DNA of 64,000 bases from Octopus sinensis (GCF_006345805.1 NC_043003.1:14198001-14262000); one strand, 5' to 3'. Shown: positions 25,350 to 38,955, counted from the stretch's first letter. A program made the numbers and translations. The notes: generated from the letters alone by a model not told the origin.

Positions 25350-26223
25350 AGGAGTGGCTGTGTGGTAAGTAGCTTACATACCAACCACATGGTTCTGGGT
25401 TCATTCCCACTGCATGGCACCTTGGGCAAGTGTCTTCGGCCAAAGCCTTGTGAGTGGATTTGGTAGATGCAAACTAAAAGAAGTCTGCCGTACGTACGTA
25501 TGTATGTATGTATGTATGATGTATGTATGTATGATGTATGTATGTATGTATGTATGTATGTATGTATGTATGCATGTATGCATGCATGCATGCATGTATG
25601 TGTTTGTCCTCCCCCAACATCGCTTGACAACCAATGCTGGTGTGTTTACGTCCCCGTAACTTAGCGGTTTGGCAAAAGAGACTGATAGAATAAGTGCTAG
25701 GCTTACAAAGAATAAGTCCTAGGGTCGATTTGCTCGAGTAAAGGCAGTGCTCCAGCATGGCCGTAGTCACATGACTGAAACAAGTAAAAGAATAAAAGAA
25801 TCATAACTTTAAATTATACATCATGAGCATAGGTGTGGCTGTGTGGTAAGAAGCTTGCTTCCCAACCACATGGTTCTGGGTTCAGTCCCACTGTGTAACA
25901 TCTTGGGCAAGTGTTTTCTATTATAGCCTTGGGCTGACCAAGGCCTTGTGAGAAACAGAGAGAAGCCCACTGTATATACATATGTATATATCCATGTGTG
26001 TGTGTCTTTGTGTCTGTGTTTGTCCCTCAACCACTGCTTGACAATAGGTTTTGGTGTGTTTATGTCCCTGTAACTTAGCAGTTCGCCAAAAGAGAGAGAC
26101 AGAATAAGTACCAGGCTTTAAAAAACAAACAAAAATCCCGAGGTCGATTTGTTCAATTAAAACCCTTCAAGGCAGTGCTCCAGCACGGCCACAGTCTAAT
26201 GACTGAAACAAGCAAACGATAAA
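25350..26223 (+). mobile_element. Two adjacent SINE family A copies (25350-25800, 25827-26223)
   Basis: Each has head, internal microsatellite and gactgaaacaag tail. Confidence 0.9.
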
Positions 26224-26409
26224 AGTAAGACAACTGATATTGAAAAATTGAATTTAAAAAAAAAAAAAGAAAAAGAAAAAAATGTAGTTTACATTGCGAG
26301 AGAGATAATAGTCAAAATTTTACAGAAGAATAAAATATTAACAATGTTTTTCATTTCATCTACTATTTGTAGTGTTAAAACTCTTTTGTAACCAATGAAT
26401 ATTTCAAAA

Positions 26410-26421
26410 TATTTTTTATTA

Positions 26422-26461
<40 letters not shown>

Positions 26462-26485
26462 CCTCGTCTTCATTATTGTTTGTGT

Positions 26486-26517
<32 letters not shown>

Positions 26518-26625
26518 CTATTATTATTATTATTATCATTATTACTATTATTATTATTATTATCATTATTATTATATTATTATTAATATTATTATTATTA
26601 TTATTATTATTGTTATTATTATTTT
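26410..26625. repeat. (ATT)n microsatellite, degenerate
   Basis: Direct reading. Confidence 0.95.
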
Positions 26626-27469
26626 GATAAATTTGATTAAATGAAAAATTTGCAAGATAGTCGTAGATTAAACGAACGAAGAAGTAATTATCAGATTAAT
26701 GTATGAAAGGGCCACACAGAGAATTTTATTTTATTCAATGGCAGAGGAATACAATCAGCAGTCGTAAGATTCTTATTCCGAATCTCAAAGTCTTGGGAAT
26801 TTCATAGTCAGTCTATACATGGCATCAGCTATCACTACACACAGCGAAAACAAAAACAAAAGAAGAATGCAAAATCAAGAATTGACTTTCCCAAAATAAG
26901 GCTGGCCATTGTAGTGCTGCTCAGTGCTATTATTAAATGCATTTCACAAAACATTATTTAACATGTAGGCAAGTGTTTCTCTTCCAGCACTAGGGTAATA
27001 AACACGGACAATTTATGGAGGCAAGAAGCAAGAATCTTTCAAATTTGACCCAGTTTCCATTATACTTAGATGTGTACGAGATTTGACCCTTTAGCATTCA
27101 GATATTTCTGTCGAATGTAAAGCTTATTTATTCACAATGTTTTGAATTAATCATGTAGTATCTCATAGCTTCATGATTTCGATGACGTGATTGCTTATTT
27201 CTAGAATCACATTGCAGGATAAGTGTGATGGCCAGATCTGGCCAGTTTCAACATAAAACAGGTAGAATATATATGGGCTGAATATGGCCGGTTTGAATAC
27301 ATAATCTGCATGTTTGGGGTGAATACACATCCTCATGTACACAGATTTTTCCGAAGTAGTTTTGATGTTATTAAGATATTTCTCAGTAAAATTTATTTCC
27401 AATTGTTGTTATCCATTCAACACAAGAATTGTGAAAATTTTTAAATTTATTTTCTTGATTCCTTTTCCT

Positions 27470-27690
27470 TTTCCTTTTACTTGTTTCAGTCATTTGACTG
27501 CGGCCATGCTGGAGTACCGCCTTTAGTCAAGCAAATCAATCCCAGGACTCATTCTTTGGAAGCCTAGTACTTATTCTATCGGCCTCTTTTGCCGAACCGC
27601 TAGGTTACAGAGACATAAACACAACAGCATCGGTTGTCAAGCGATGTTGACAACTGATGCTGGGGGGGACAAACACAGACACACAGACAT

Positions 27691-27781
<91 letters not shown>

Positions 27782-27950
27782 TATATACGACAGGCTTCTT
27801 TCAGTTTGCGTCAACCAAATCCCCTCAAAAGGCTTTGGTCAGCCCGAGGCTATAGTAGGAGACACTTGCCCAAGATGCCACGCAGTTGGAATGAACCCAG
27901 AACCATGTGGTTCATAAGCAAGCTACTTACCACACAGCCTCACCTGTGCC
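27470..27950 (-). mobile_element. SINE family A, full length with expanded (TA)n
   Basis: Reverse complement of the family A consensus seen at 10008. Confidence 0.9.
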
Positions 27951-29179
27951 TATTGTCATAAGAATTCTTATAAACTTTGAGAGAATGTGAAATAATTCTT
28001 GGAAAGGTGGTCTCAAAGTAGACAAAGCTATATACCATAGCGTGTTAACATTGAACTAAAAAAAAACGTACAGTAAAAAAAGTGACAAGCTGTTGTTTAT
28101 AATACTGTCTTGCTTCAAGTTGCACCTTTCCAAAAAGAGAATTCAAACTTTATAAATTCTTATGGTGTCAACAACATACAAATCTCACTGGTAAGAATAA
28201 AGCTAGTAAGATGGTTTTGGTCCAATGGTGGAATGCCTGACATGTTTATGAAAGATGCAGGTTCAAGTCCCATGAGAAGCCTTTGACTTTTTCTAGCCAA
28301 GAAGTTTTTTAACCCAATATTTACATGTAATTGCTTATAGCTTTGTCTGCTTCAAGATCCACCTTACCAAAAAAAAAAATTATTTTATTAATTTGAAGCA
28401 GAGTGCAAAACGAAAGTGGAAATAATTTTTTTTTTTTTTCATAAGTAAAAAACTGTTAAATGCTATTTATCAATTTATCAATGAACTTTTAAGGCATAAA
28501 AGATTTAAATATTTAATCTATAATAACGAACACCTCACAGCCTAAACAAGTCAAAACCCATTTGAGCCATATTCCAGGTTTGCTGGGAGTTACAGACTTA
28601 ATGCTCAGTTAAATTCCCCAACAGAGCAGGAATTGGTAAACTTCATGTGATTAAATAAGGTCAAATTAAAAATAGATCAGCTAATCAGAATAAAGACAGG
28701 TCATCGGTGAAGAATTAGGCAGCTTACAAATAAATGTCTGTTCACAGATAAGTGCTATTTTAACTGTTATTTTTAGTTTATTTTTCTCCCCCCTCGAGTT
28801 TTCGACCGTAAAGTTCACTGCACACAAACACTTCTGGGGAGAAAAGACAAACGTGTAGATTATTAACAAATGATAAGATACAGCAAAATTTTGAAAGATT
28901 CTGATGAAGATCAATGAGAATTTGATCAAACATATCTAGAAGATGACTAGAAGATATCGGTTGAAGATGAAAGCTTTCAAGTAGAAAGTGATAATGATGC
29001 GTCTCAAGTTAGGCAGTAGGGTGTGGTTAACAATACAACAGGTAAAGTTGTATGAATATACCAACCTCCTATTTGCTGTCTTGTATGTCCAAGTTCAATT
29101 GCTTATATTTCAGAAACAATGCCTGTCGCAAAATAAAGATGTTAAAACTAAGATGAACAAAGTACATTATTATCATTGC

Positions 29180-29515
29180 CAGCCTCCCCTGGCACCTGTG
29201 CCGGTGGCACGTAAAAAGCACCATCTGTACGTGGCCGATGCCAGCGCCGCCTTGACTGGCTTCCATGTCGGTGGCACGTAAAAACCACCAACTGATCGTG
29301 GCCGTTGCCAGCCTCACCTGGCACCTGTACCGGTGGCACGTAAAAAGCACCTACTACACTCACGGAGTGGTTGGTGTTAGGAAGGGCATCCAGCTGTAGA
29401 AACACTGCCAGATCAGACTGGAGCCTGGTGCAGCCTCCTGGCTTCCCAGACCCCGGTCGAACCGTCCAACCCATGCTAGCATGGAAAACAGACGTTAAAC
29501 GATAATGATGATGTC
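29180..29515 (+). mobile_element. RTE 3' UTR fragment with three ggcacgtaaaaa subrepeats
   Basis: Same UTR and (gat)n tail as 40570-41200. Confidence 0.9.
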
Positions 29516-30575
29516 GTTTTTCCATCCTTAAAGACTTTGACTGGTTCTGGTGAGCAAGAGGGCTGTGACAAGCTCCAGTGTCATAGCAACAAAACAATGT
29601 TTGCAAGTTACATTGAGGAGATGTACTCCTTACCATAACCTAAACCACGGTTCAAAATAATGTCGTTGCTTGAGGTCAGAAACTGGGACTAAGCACTCTT
29701 CTATCTGAGAAACAAAGTTTAACTTTATGAACTTCCTATTTGCACAATGTAGTCTTATTCTTTTTATATTTCATCAAGTGAATTTCTCCAGATTTTCTTT
29801 TCCTTCCTTTGATAGAATTCAGTTATATTTGTTCCCCAGCTGGATGGGATGCCAGTCCATCACAGTGTTACTCATTTTTGCCGGCTGAGTGGACTGGAGT
29901 AACGTGAAATGAAGTGTTTTGTCGCCCGGTCCAGGAATCAAAACTACAATCTACAATCATGATGCTGACACCCTAACCACGAAGCCACGTGCCTCCACAT
30001 GCAATCTTAAGGTAGTGGAATAAGCAGATGTGCTTCACAAGGACACAGCTTGGATTATAACCCTGTCTACATGTCCCTGGAGAGTTGATAAGGAGAATGT
30101 AATTATATGTAATGACCTCAGGTAGATAACACTAATTTGCTGTGCCTTATAAAATAAAACCTTTGAATGGAGGAGACAATGGTATATCTCAAAATTCTGT
30201 CTCTTTTGGGAGTTGTGTGGCTTGGCCTCTGAGACAGGAAATCGGTGCTTAAAAATCAATATCATATAAATAAATACATTTGGAAACACTGGCATATAAT
30301 CAACCAAACTGTATTCAACCTAGCTTGGCAGGTGAAAGTGACATGACAACAAGTAAAAGTCAACAACAATGAGTAAAACTACATTGATAATGTACACCAA
30401 TAATCATTATATCATGTCAGCAAATTTCATCCAAATTCATGCAATAGTTATATTTTTTCATGATTTATTCTGGACTAACTGCATCTAAATATAATCCCTA
30501 TTTTTATCAGGAGCCGAAGAGTTATAAAACATATGCACTGTAAGGATTTAAGAGTTAATATAATCTACAATATAA

Positions 30576-30955
30576 TCATCATCATTCATCATTGTTTGAC
30601 CGTGGTCGAGACAATGGAATTTACTATGTTACGCCAGACTTCACGGTCCATCATAGCATTACGGAGGTCCTGTTGCTGGATGCCTGTATCCTTGGAGATT
30701 ACATCAGGGTAGGAGAGTGTGCGCCCTATGGTATCGCGAGCAGATGGCTTCCAGAGGGGAAGAGTAGAAATTACCTCGTTTTCAGCTCTACAACAATGTC
30801 CAGCAAACTGGACTCTTCTACCTTTCACAAGAGATGATACGATACTGGTGGTAATTTCCCATATACTTGTACTTTGGTTGGATGCCGTTTCCACGAGAGA
30901 TTTTGAGCTCTCATAAGGAGGTGAGTGTAAGTTCCATCCAACCGCCTCTCAAGCT
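30576..30955 (-). mobile_element. RTE-clade LINE 3' end with open ORF2 C-terminus and TSD
   Basis: ORF 30589-30894 GRRVQFAGHCCRAE...GRTLSYPDVISKDTG...AMMDREVWR; (TGA)n tail; tctacaatataa / tctataatataa flanks. Confidence 0.85.
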
Positions 30956-31838
30956 TCTATAATATAAGGCTGTGCTTACCATATTGCTAAAATAACCCAC
31001 AAATCATACTTTACAGAAATAGGTGTAGGGAATAAATGTTAACAATAGACATTTTTTAAAAACATTTTCATGAGACAAAAACCTTATTTACCGTAAAGAA
31101 TTAATAATGATGCCGAAGAATGCTCTAAAGATAATTTTCTTTATGTCTGAAATATCCACTATGAAAACAAATACTTACAATTTACCCCTTAAAAATACAT
31201 GGTTGTTTTCAGCTGTTGTAGAATACAAAGAATTAACATACATGCCCAATTATGCAGACATGTTAGTATATATATTCATTCATGTACTTAGAGATCTGGG
31301 TGTTTATGATAAAAGAAAGTTAAGATAGTGGATTCAGTGATGTGCAAGCATTAATTACGCTTTTGATAGCAATTTCTTTCAGATCAAACACAGATTTACT
31401 GAAAAGAAAATTTTTGTATGCAAGTAGCTAGTGTCAAAGAAAGAAAAAAAAAATATCTGTTTATTACCAGGAAGAACCCACAATTATTCAAGCCATCACT
31501 TAGCTATTTCATTGTGAAAGAAGTTTCCCAGGATCAGACCAAGCAGGCATGGTGACTTCTCAGAAAATTATTAGAGCAGATAATCTCGATAGAATCTCTT
31601 TTCATAGATATCAGAGAAACAATTCTATAGAAGGCAGTCTACGTTTATGCAGGCTAGAATCATTGACTCAGAAAGGGTATGGTTGAAAATTATCGTCAGT
31701 AGAGCTGGCAGGCTGCAAGGCCAAGTCGTAACAGTGAACTTAAAGATAGTGAAAGATGGATGTATCCAGGTATAAAATACCTGAGAAAGGCAGCAATTTA
31801 GAAAGACTTAGACAGGTAAAAAAAATTTTTAACATTTT

Positions 31839-32410
31839 AGGTGCAAGTGTGGTTGTGTGGTAAGAAATTTATTTCCCAGATACCTAGTTTTGGGTTCAGT
31901 CCCACTGTGTGGCACCTTGGGCAAGTGCCTTCTACTATATGTTTCTTTATTACCCACAAGGGGCTAAACATAGAGGGGACAAACAAGGACAAATGAATTA
32001 AGTCGATTACATCGACCCCAGTGCGTAACTGGTACTTAATTTATCGACCCCGAAAGGCAAAGTCGACCTCGGCGGAATTTGAACTCAGAACATAACAACA
32101 GACGAAATATGGCTACGCATTTCGCCTGGAGTGCTAACGGTTCTGCCAGCTCGCTGCCCTATAAGCTCCAGGTCAACCAATACCTTGTGAGTGAATTTGA
32201 TGGAAAGAAACTGAAAGAACCCATCACATGTGTGTGTGTGTTTATTTTTGTGTTTGTCCTTCACCACTATTTGACAACAGGTGTTGTTTTGTTTATGTCC
32301 TCATAACTTAGCAGTTCAGCAAAAGAGATCAACAAAATAAGAACCAGGTTTGAAAAAAATAAGTACCAGCATGGTTGCAGTGCAATGACTAAAACAAGTA
32401 AGAGATTAAA
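31839..32410 (+). mobile_element. SINE family A interrupted by a minus-strand family C copy (31941-32159)
   Basis: Family A breaks at ctactata and resumes at ctataagctcc. Confidence 0.85.
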
Positions 32411-32937
32411 AGATAAAGGATTATGCTTATCATTAACCAAGAATAGAAGCAAATCCATTTCTTTAATTGCAAATATAACTATTGTGTTCTCATAGCAAGT
32501 TTGAAATATGAAATGGAAATAAATGACGGTTGATTTGTTCAAACACACCAATGAGATGTTCAATGCTAAAAATAATCTAAAATAAATTGAATTTTATTTT
32601 AGGTTTCTATTAAAATAGCGCAAATAAAAAATTCAAAGTGAATAATTTGTATGTCTTAAACAGTATTTCATAAATTTTTATCAATTTATCCTAATTACAC
32701 AACAAAAATTCTTATTTACCATGAATAGGTGCAGGAGTGGCTGTGTGGTAAGTAGCTTGCTTACCAACCACATGGTTCTGGGTTCATTCCCCATGCGTGG
32801 CACCTTGGGTCTTCTACTATAGCCTCGGGTCAACCAAAGCCTTGTGAGTGGATTTGGTAGACAGAAACTCAAGGCTTCCAAAGAATAAGCCCTCGGGTCG
32901 ATTTGCTCAACTAAAAGCGATGCTCCAGCATGGCCAC

Positions 32938-33520
32938 ATAGAGGGGACAGACAAAGGGATTAAGTCGATTACATTAACCCCAGTACGTAACTGGTACTTA
33001 ATTTATCGACCCTGAAAGGATGAAAAGCAAAGTCAACCTCAGTGGAATTTGAACTCAGAACGTAACAGCAGGCGAAATACCGCTTGCCCGGCATGCTAAC
33101 GTTTCTTATTTCTTTATTGCCCACAAGGGGCTAAACATAGAGGGAACAAACAAGGAAAGACAAAGGGATTAAGTTGATTACACCAACCCCAGTGCGTAAC
33201 TGGTATTTAATTTATCGACCCTGAAAGGATGAAAGGCAAAGTCAACCTCAGTGGAATTTGAACTCAGGATGTAAAGACAGATGAAATACCTATTTCTTTA
33301 CTGCCCACAAGGGGCTACACAGAGAGGGGACAAACAAGGACAGACAAACGGATTAAGTCAATTATATCGATCCCAGTGCGTAACTGGTACTTAATTTATC
33401 AACCCCCGAAAGGATGAAAGGCAAAGTCAACCTCGGCAGAATTTGAACTCAGAAAGTAACGACAGACAAAATACTGCTAAGCATTTCGCCTGGGGTGCTA
33501 ACGTTTCTGCCAGCTCGCCG
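32938..33520 (-). mobile_element. Three stacked SINE family C copies
   Basis: ttaatttatc(g/a)accc...aaaggatgaaa repeated three times; tails start at 33106 and 33291. Confidence 0.9.
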
Positions 33521-33774
33521 CTGGTTTCTGCCAACCAAGTTCACTCACAAGGCATTTTTAGCCTTTTGCTATTCATGTCTCACATACACCAGTACAGCAA
33601 CAGATACACAGTCTCCATACACCTCACAAAAGTCTGTGCTTTCCTTCTTCTTTCTTTGTATGGAAAGCAAAAATCTTTTGTTACAAACAAAGACATTCTT
33701 TAAATCCAAACCCTCATAAATACACTACCCATGGCTCCACACCCAGCGCTAATTATGTCACAAAATGAACAAAC

Positions 33775-34660
33775 GCTTCACTAAACAAGCCAATGAAGGA
33801 GCATCTATGTGAGTGCTGAACCAGCTAGCTAGAAATAGCAGCCAAATTGCCATCAATTCAAACACTATTATCTTAGAAAAGAACTTTGAATAAGGTTCAA
33901 TCTAGGATCCCTCCATAGGAGAAAAAGATAGAAAAGCCAATGAGAAAATACGTGATTACTCAGGCCACTAGCTAGAAATAGCAGTTAAATTTCCCTCAAA
34001 TCAAACTCTATTGTCTTGAAAAAGAACATGAATAACATTCAACCTGGGGTCCGTACATATAAGGAAAAAATGGAAAAGTCATTGAGAAAACATCTTTGTG
34101 ATTGCTCAGCCTGCTAGCTAGAAATAGCAGCCAAATCTCCCTCAAACCAGAGAGAAAAGAACATGTTCAATAGTGTTCAACCTGGGGTCCCTACATATGA
34201 GAATAAGATGGAAAAACCAGTGTGGAAACACCTATGCTATTGCTTGACCACTTGCTAGAAATAGCAGCCAAATCTCCCTTAAATCAAACTATTGTCTAAG
34301 AAAAGAATACATTGGATAAGGTTTGATCTGGGGCCTCTACATAACAAAAAAGATGGAAAAGCAAATAAGGGGACATCCATGTGATTGCTTAGCTTGCTAG
34401 CAAGAAATAGCAGCCAAATCTCCCTCAAATTAAACCCTATAGTCTTAGAAAAGAACACACTGAATAAGGTTCAACCTGAGGTCCCTACATAAGAGAAAAA
34501 GATGGAAAAGCCAATGAGGGAACATTTATGTGATTGCTCAGACTGCTAGCTAGAAACAGGAGCTAAACCCTCCTCAAATCAAAGCTTATTGTCTTGGAAA
34601 AGAACATGTTGAATAACATTCAAAACAGGCTCCCTACATATGAGAGAAAAATGGAAAGGG
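33775..34660. repeat. Diverged tandem array, unit about 137-149 bp, about 6 copies
   Basis: ctagaaatagcagccaaat motif at 33829, 33972, 34118, 34255, 34401, 34550. Confidence 0.9.
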
Positions 34661-34714
34661 CTGATGCCCCAGCATGGCCGCAGTCTAACGACTGGAACAA
34701 ATGATAAAGGAAAG

Positions 34715-35127
34715 AAATATGCTTTCTTTCTTTTATTCTTTTCCTTCTTTCAGTCATTTGACTGTGGCCATGCTGGAGCACCGCTTTTAGACAAGCAAAT
34801 CGACCTCAGGACTTATTCTTTGTAAGCCTAGTACTTATTCTATCAGTCTGTTTTGCTGAACCGCTAAGTTATGGGGACGTAATCACACCCAGCATTGGTT
34901 GTCAAGCGATGTTGGGGGGGGGGGGACAAACAGAGCCACACAAACATATAAACACACATACATATATACAACAGGCTTCTTTCAGTTTCTGTCTACCAAA
35001 TCCACTCAAGAGGCTTTGGTCGGCCCAAGGCTATAGCAGAAGACACTTGCCCAACATGCCACGCAGTGGGAATGAACCCAGAACCATGTGGTTGGTAAGC
35101 AAGCTACTTACCACACAGCCACTCCTG
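34715..35127 (-). mobile_element. SINE family A, full length
   Basis: Reverse complement of the family A consensus. Confidence 0.9.
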
Positions 35128-35394
35128 CTGTTGATTTATGTAATTAAAAAGCATTCCTCCATTTATTGTGATCATCATTTCCGTCAAGACACAAGACCCT
35201 TCAGGTAAGCTTCAGTACCAAATGACAGCCATACATCAATGTAAGTATAAGTACGGTTTAGTGTGGGGAATGTGTGTGGAGTGGGGAGTTGTATTAAATT
35301 AAAGTTTCGTTTTATTCTATTTCATAAAATTTCACACTAAAAGAAATGAAGAGTACAAGGTGTTAAGAAAGACATAACTAAGCAAATTGGTTTT

Positions 35395-35740
35395 CTTATA
35401 TATATGTGTATATATATGTATATATATATATATAATATATACATACATATATATATACATACAAATATATATATATACATACATACATATATATATATAT
35501 ACATATATACATATATATACATATATACATATATATATATACATAGATATATATATATGTGTATATATATATGTATGTATATATATATATATATGTACAT
35601 ATATATGTATGTATATATATATACACACAACACATATATACAGACACACACATATATATATATATACATACATATATATATACACACACACACACACATA
35701 TATATATACATATATGTGTATATATATGTATGTATATATA

Positions 35741-35787
<47 letters not shown>

Positions 35788-35935
35788 TATATATACACAC
35801 ACACACATATATATATACACACACACACATAATATATATATATATATATATATGCATATATATGCGAGTATGTATATGTGTGTATGTGTGTATATATTCA
35901 ACATGATTCATCACGTGTGTGTGTGTGTGTGTGTG
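35395..35935. repeat. (TA)n/(CA)n microsatellite block
   Basis: Direct reading. Confidence 0.95.
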
Positions 35936-36300
35936 TTATTTTTATCGCAGTCATAATTTTGTTTATGGAGGATAAAAGTATTTGCAATGAAACTTAAATT
36001 TACCAGCCTCAAGTTACAATTTTAGAATATTGAGATGCAGCCGAAGTATTCCGATCAAATATCCAATAAACCAGATTGTCTATTCCTAATTCATATGTGT
36101 GTGTGTGTGTGTGTATATCTATGCATACATCTATTCATGTGTGTATGTATACGTACATATAATATAATATATATATATACACACACATGCATCAATTTTA
36201 ATTGATAAATTTACCAATTCTAAGTTTACAGTTAACTTTAAAGAAACACCTTCAGTATTGCTTAGAAATGCATTTGCATTTACACACACGCGCACACACA

Positions 36301-36338
<38 letters not shown>

Positions 36339-36402
36339 CGCACACACACTTACACACGCAACGCACACACATATAAATATATATTATACACACATATGCT
36401 GA

Positions 36403-36727
36403 AACCCCCTTCGGTCATGACTGACCATGGGATTGCACCTAGAAAGTTACCCTCCGAGGTACAAGTCCAGGCAAGGTTGTTTTATGGAAGACCAGCAGTC
36501 GCCCATGCATACCGCCTCCCCATCCACGCCACCAGTGTTATCCAAGGGAAAGACAACAGCCGATACAGCTTGGCACCTGTGATGTCGCAACTCATTTCTA
36601 CAGTTGAGCGAACTGGAGCAACATGAAATAAAGTGTCTTGCTCAAAAACACAACACACTGCCTGGTCCGGGATTCGAACTCACAACCTCACGATCGTATG
36701 CTCTAACCACTGAGCCATGTGCCTTCA
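36403..36727 (-). mobile_element. SINE family D, near full length
   Basis: Reverse complement head ggctcagtggttagagc...gagttcgaatcccgg; matches 7684-8036. Confidence 0.88.
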
Positions 36728-36773
36728 CTATACATACATATACGTAGGTATATACATACATGTACATATATAT

Positions 36774-36823
<50 letters not shown>

Positions 36824-36845
36824 ATACATACACACACACACACCT

Positions 36846-38500
36846 ATCTAAGCACTACTGATTCCATCTTTCTAATTAGACAACTGCAAGAGAAGTACTT
36901 AGCTAAGAGTAAACCGCTGTACCCAATTCATCAACCTAGAGAAAGCCTTCAACAAGGCCCCTCTTCTCTCTTAGTGATCTGCTGGGGACTGTGGTAGTTG
37001 AGTTCAGACAAATGGCTTGTGGGAACCATACAAGCCATGCACAAGGATACTGTCAGCAAAGTAAGAGTTTGTAACAAGAATGATAACAAATTCAGTAAGC
37101 CAGTAGGGATCCACTAAGGCTCAGTGCTCAGTCCCCTACTTTTTTATTAACCCTTTAGCCTTGTGAAATAAAATGCTTATTTATTTACGTGTTTTGAATC
37201 AGTCATGCATTATGTCATAGCTATCAGATTTCCATGATGTGACTTTTTACTTTGGGAATGATATCATAGGGTAGGAGTAAGAGGCTGGATCTGGCTGGTT
37301 TGAACAAAAAGGAAGTAGAGTATTTAGGCCAGATGTGGCTGGTTTTAATGCTAAAGGGTTTTTATATCCCTCCAGGATATAACAGAGGGGTTCCTGTGGA
37401 AAATCCTACAGACAGATGACATCATTTTTATAGATGGATCTGTAGTAGGATGAAAGAAGAAATTTCTGACATGGGAAACAAACTTGGAATCAAAGGTCGT
37501 CAAGGTTAACCTAGCAAAGGCTAAAGTACTGGTGAGTTGGAAAACAGTCAGGGCCCTGCTAGTATCAAGGAAAAGGGCTTTGGTCAGTTATGTGGTGCAT
37601 ATGAGGAATACAGTGCAAAATTGAGTCACATAAGAGATACAGTGGAAATATTGGTAGATTAACAGAGAAAGCAGATTCTTTAATGTAGCAGATTACCCAG
37701 GATTAATAACCAATAAGGGAAACCGATGCTGCCCAGGGGAATTCCTAGGGGTAGTAAATAGTTTCTTATTTCTTTATTGCCCATAAGGGGCTAAACACAG
37801 AGGGGACAAACAATGACAAAGGGATGAAGTCGATTACATCGACCCCAGTACATAACTGGTACTTAATTTATCGACCTCGAAAGGATGAAAGGCAAAGTCG
37901 ACTTCGGTGGAATTTGAACTTAGAACGTAAAGACAGACAAAATACTGCTAAGCATTTCGCCCAGCGTGCTAATGTTTCTGCCAGCTCACCGCCTTGTAGT
38001 AAATAGTTTCTGTTACCTAGATGTGGAGGATGTTTTGAGAGTATAGTATAAGCTGGAGAAAGTTCAGAGAGGTACAACCGCTGTTGGTGACAAAAGGTCT
38101 TTCTTGCACAGTGTGAAAGCCACATTGTATAATGCCTGTGTACAAACTGCAATCCTACATGGTAGTGAGATGTAAGACCTCAATGCAGAGGAACGGTAAA
38201 GACTAGAAAGAAATTAAAAATAAAACCAGAATGCTCTGCTGGATGTGCAATGACTGTGTACAGGACAGATGATGTGTTGAGAGACAAATTAGGAATAAGA
38301 GGTGTAAGATGTGTGCAAGAGAGAAGGTTACATTGGTTTGTCCATGTGATGCAAACGGAGATGGATAGTTGGGTAAAGATGTGCCAATCGCTTATGGTAC
38401 AGAGAACTTATGGAAAAGGAAAACTCAGGATGAGGTGAGGAATGCTGAGTGCTTCATGGAAAAGATGGCAAAGGACCAAGATGATGGGTGGTACACAGTG
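36846..38500 (+). pseudogene. Decayed RTE LINE reverse transcriptase region with nested insertions
   Basis: STTDSIFLIRQLQEKYLAK, VGIH*GSVLSPLLF, a decayed YADD-position segment (cagacagatgac), VVNSFCYL, RRLHWFVHVM; frameshifts and stops. Confidence 0.9.
37767..37995 (-). mobile_element. SINE family C with 16-bp TSD
   Basis: gtagtaaatagtttct at 37751-37766 and 37996-38011. Confidence 0.93.
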
Positions 38501-38549
38501 CTTGGGAAAGCACATTGGATTTGTAATATTGGTGGCTATAAACTATGAA

Positions 38550-38955
38550 GAGTGGCTGTGTGGTAAGTAGCTTGCTTACGAACCACATGGTTCTGGGTTC
38601 AGTCCTACTGCGTGGCATCTTGGGCAAGTGTCTTCTACTATAGCCTCAGGCCGACCAATGCCTTGTGAGTGGATTTGGTAGATGGAAACTGAAAGAAGCC
38701 CATCATATATATGTATGTATATTTATGTATGTGTGTATATGTTTGTGTGTCTGTGTTTGTCACCCCAACATTGCCTGACAACTGATGGTGGTGTGTTTAC
38801 AACCCCGTAACTTAGCGGTTCGGCAAAAGAGCCTGATAGAATAACAACTAGGCTTGCAAAGAATAAGTCCTGGGGTCGATTTGCTCGACTAAAGGCGGTG
38901 CTCTAGCATGGCCGCAGTCAAATGACCGAAACAAATAAAAGAGTAAAGAGTAAAA
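38550..38955 (+). mobile_element. SINE family A, full length
   Basis: Head to (gtaaaaga)n-like tail intact. Confidence 0.92.

Noticed and set aside
26375-26586. Poly-Leu and poly-Ile ORFs
   Set aside because: (ATT)n repeat read in two directions.
28211-28282. tRNA-like sequence with A and B boxes
   Set aside because: Acceptor and T stems do not pair; at best a decayed SINE head or pseudogene. No intact tRNA was found in the window.
33775-34660. Tandem arrays as CRISPR (also 49919-50700)
   Set aside because: Eukaryotic context, whole units repeat with no unique spacers, no cas genes.
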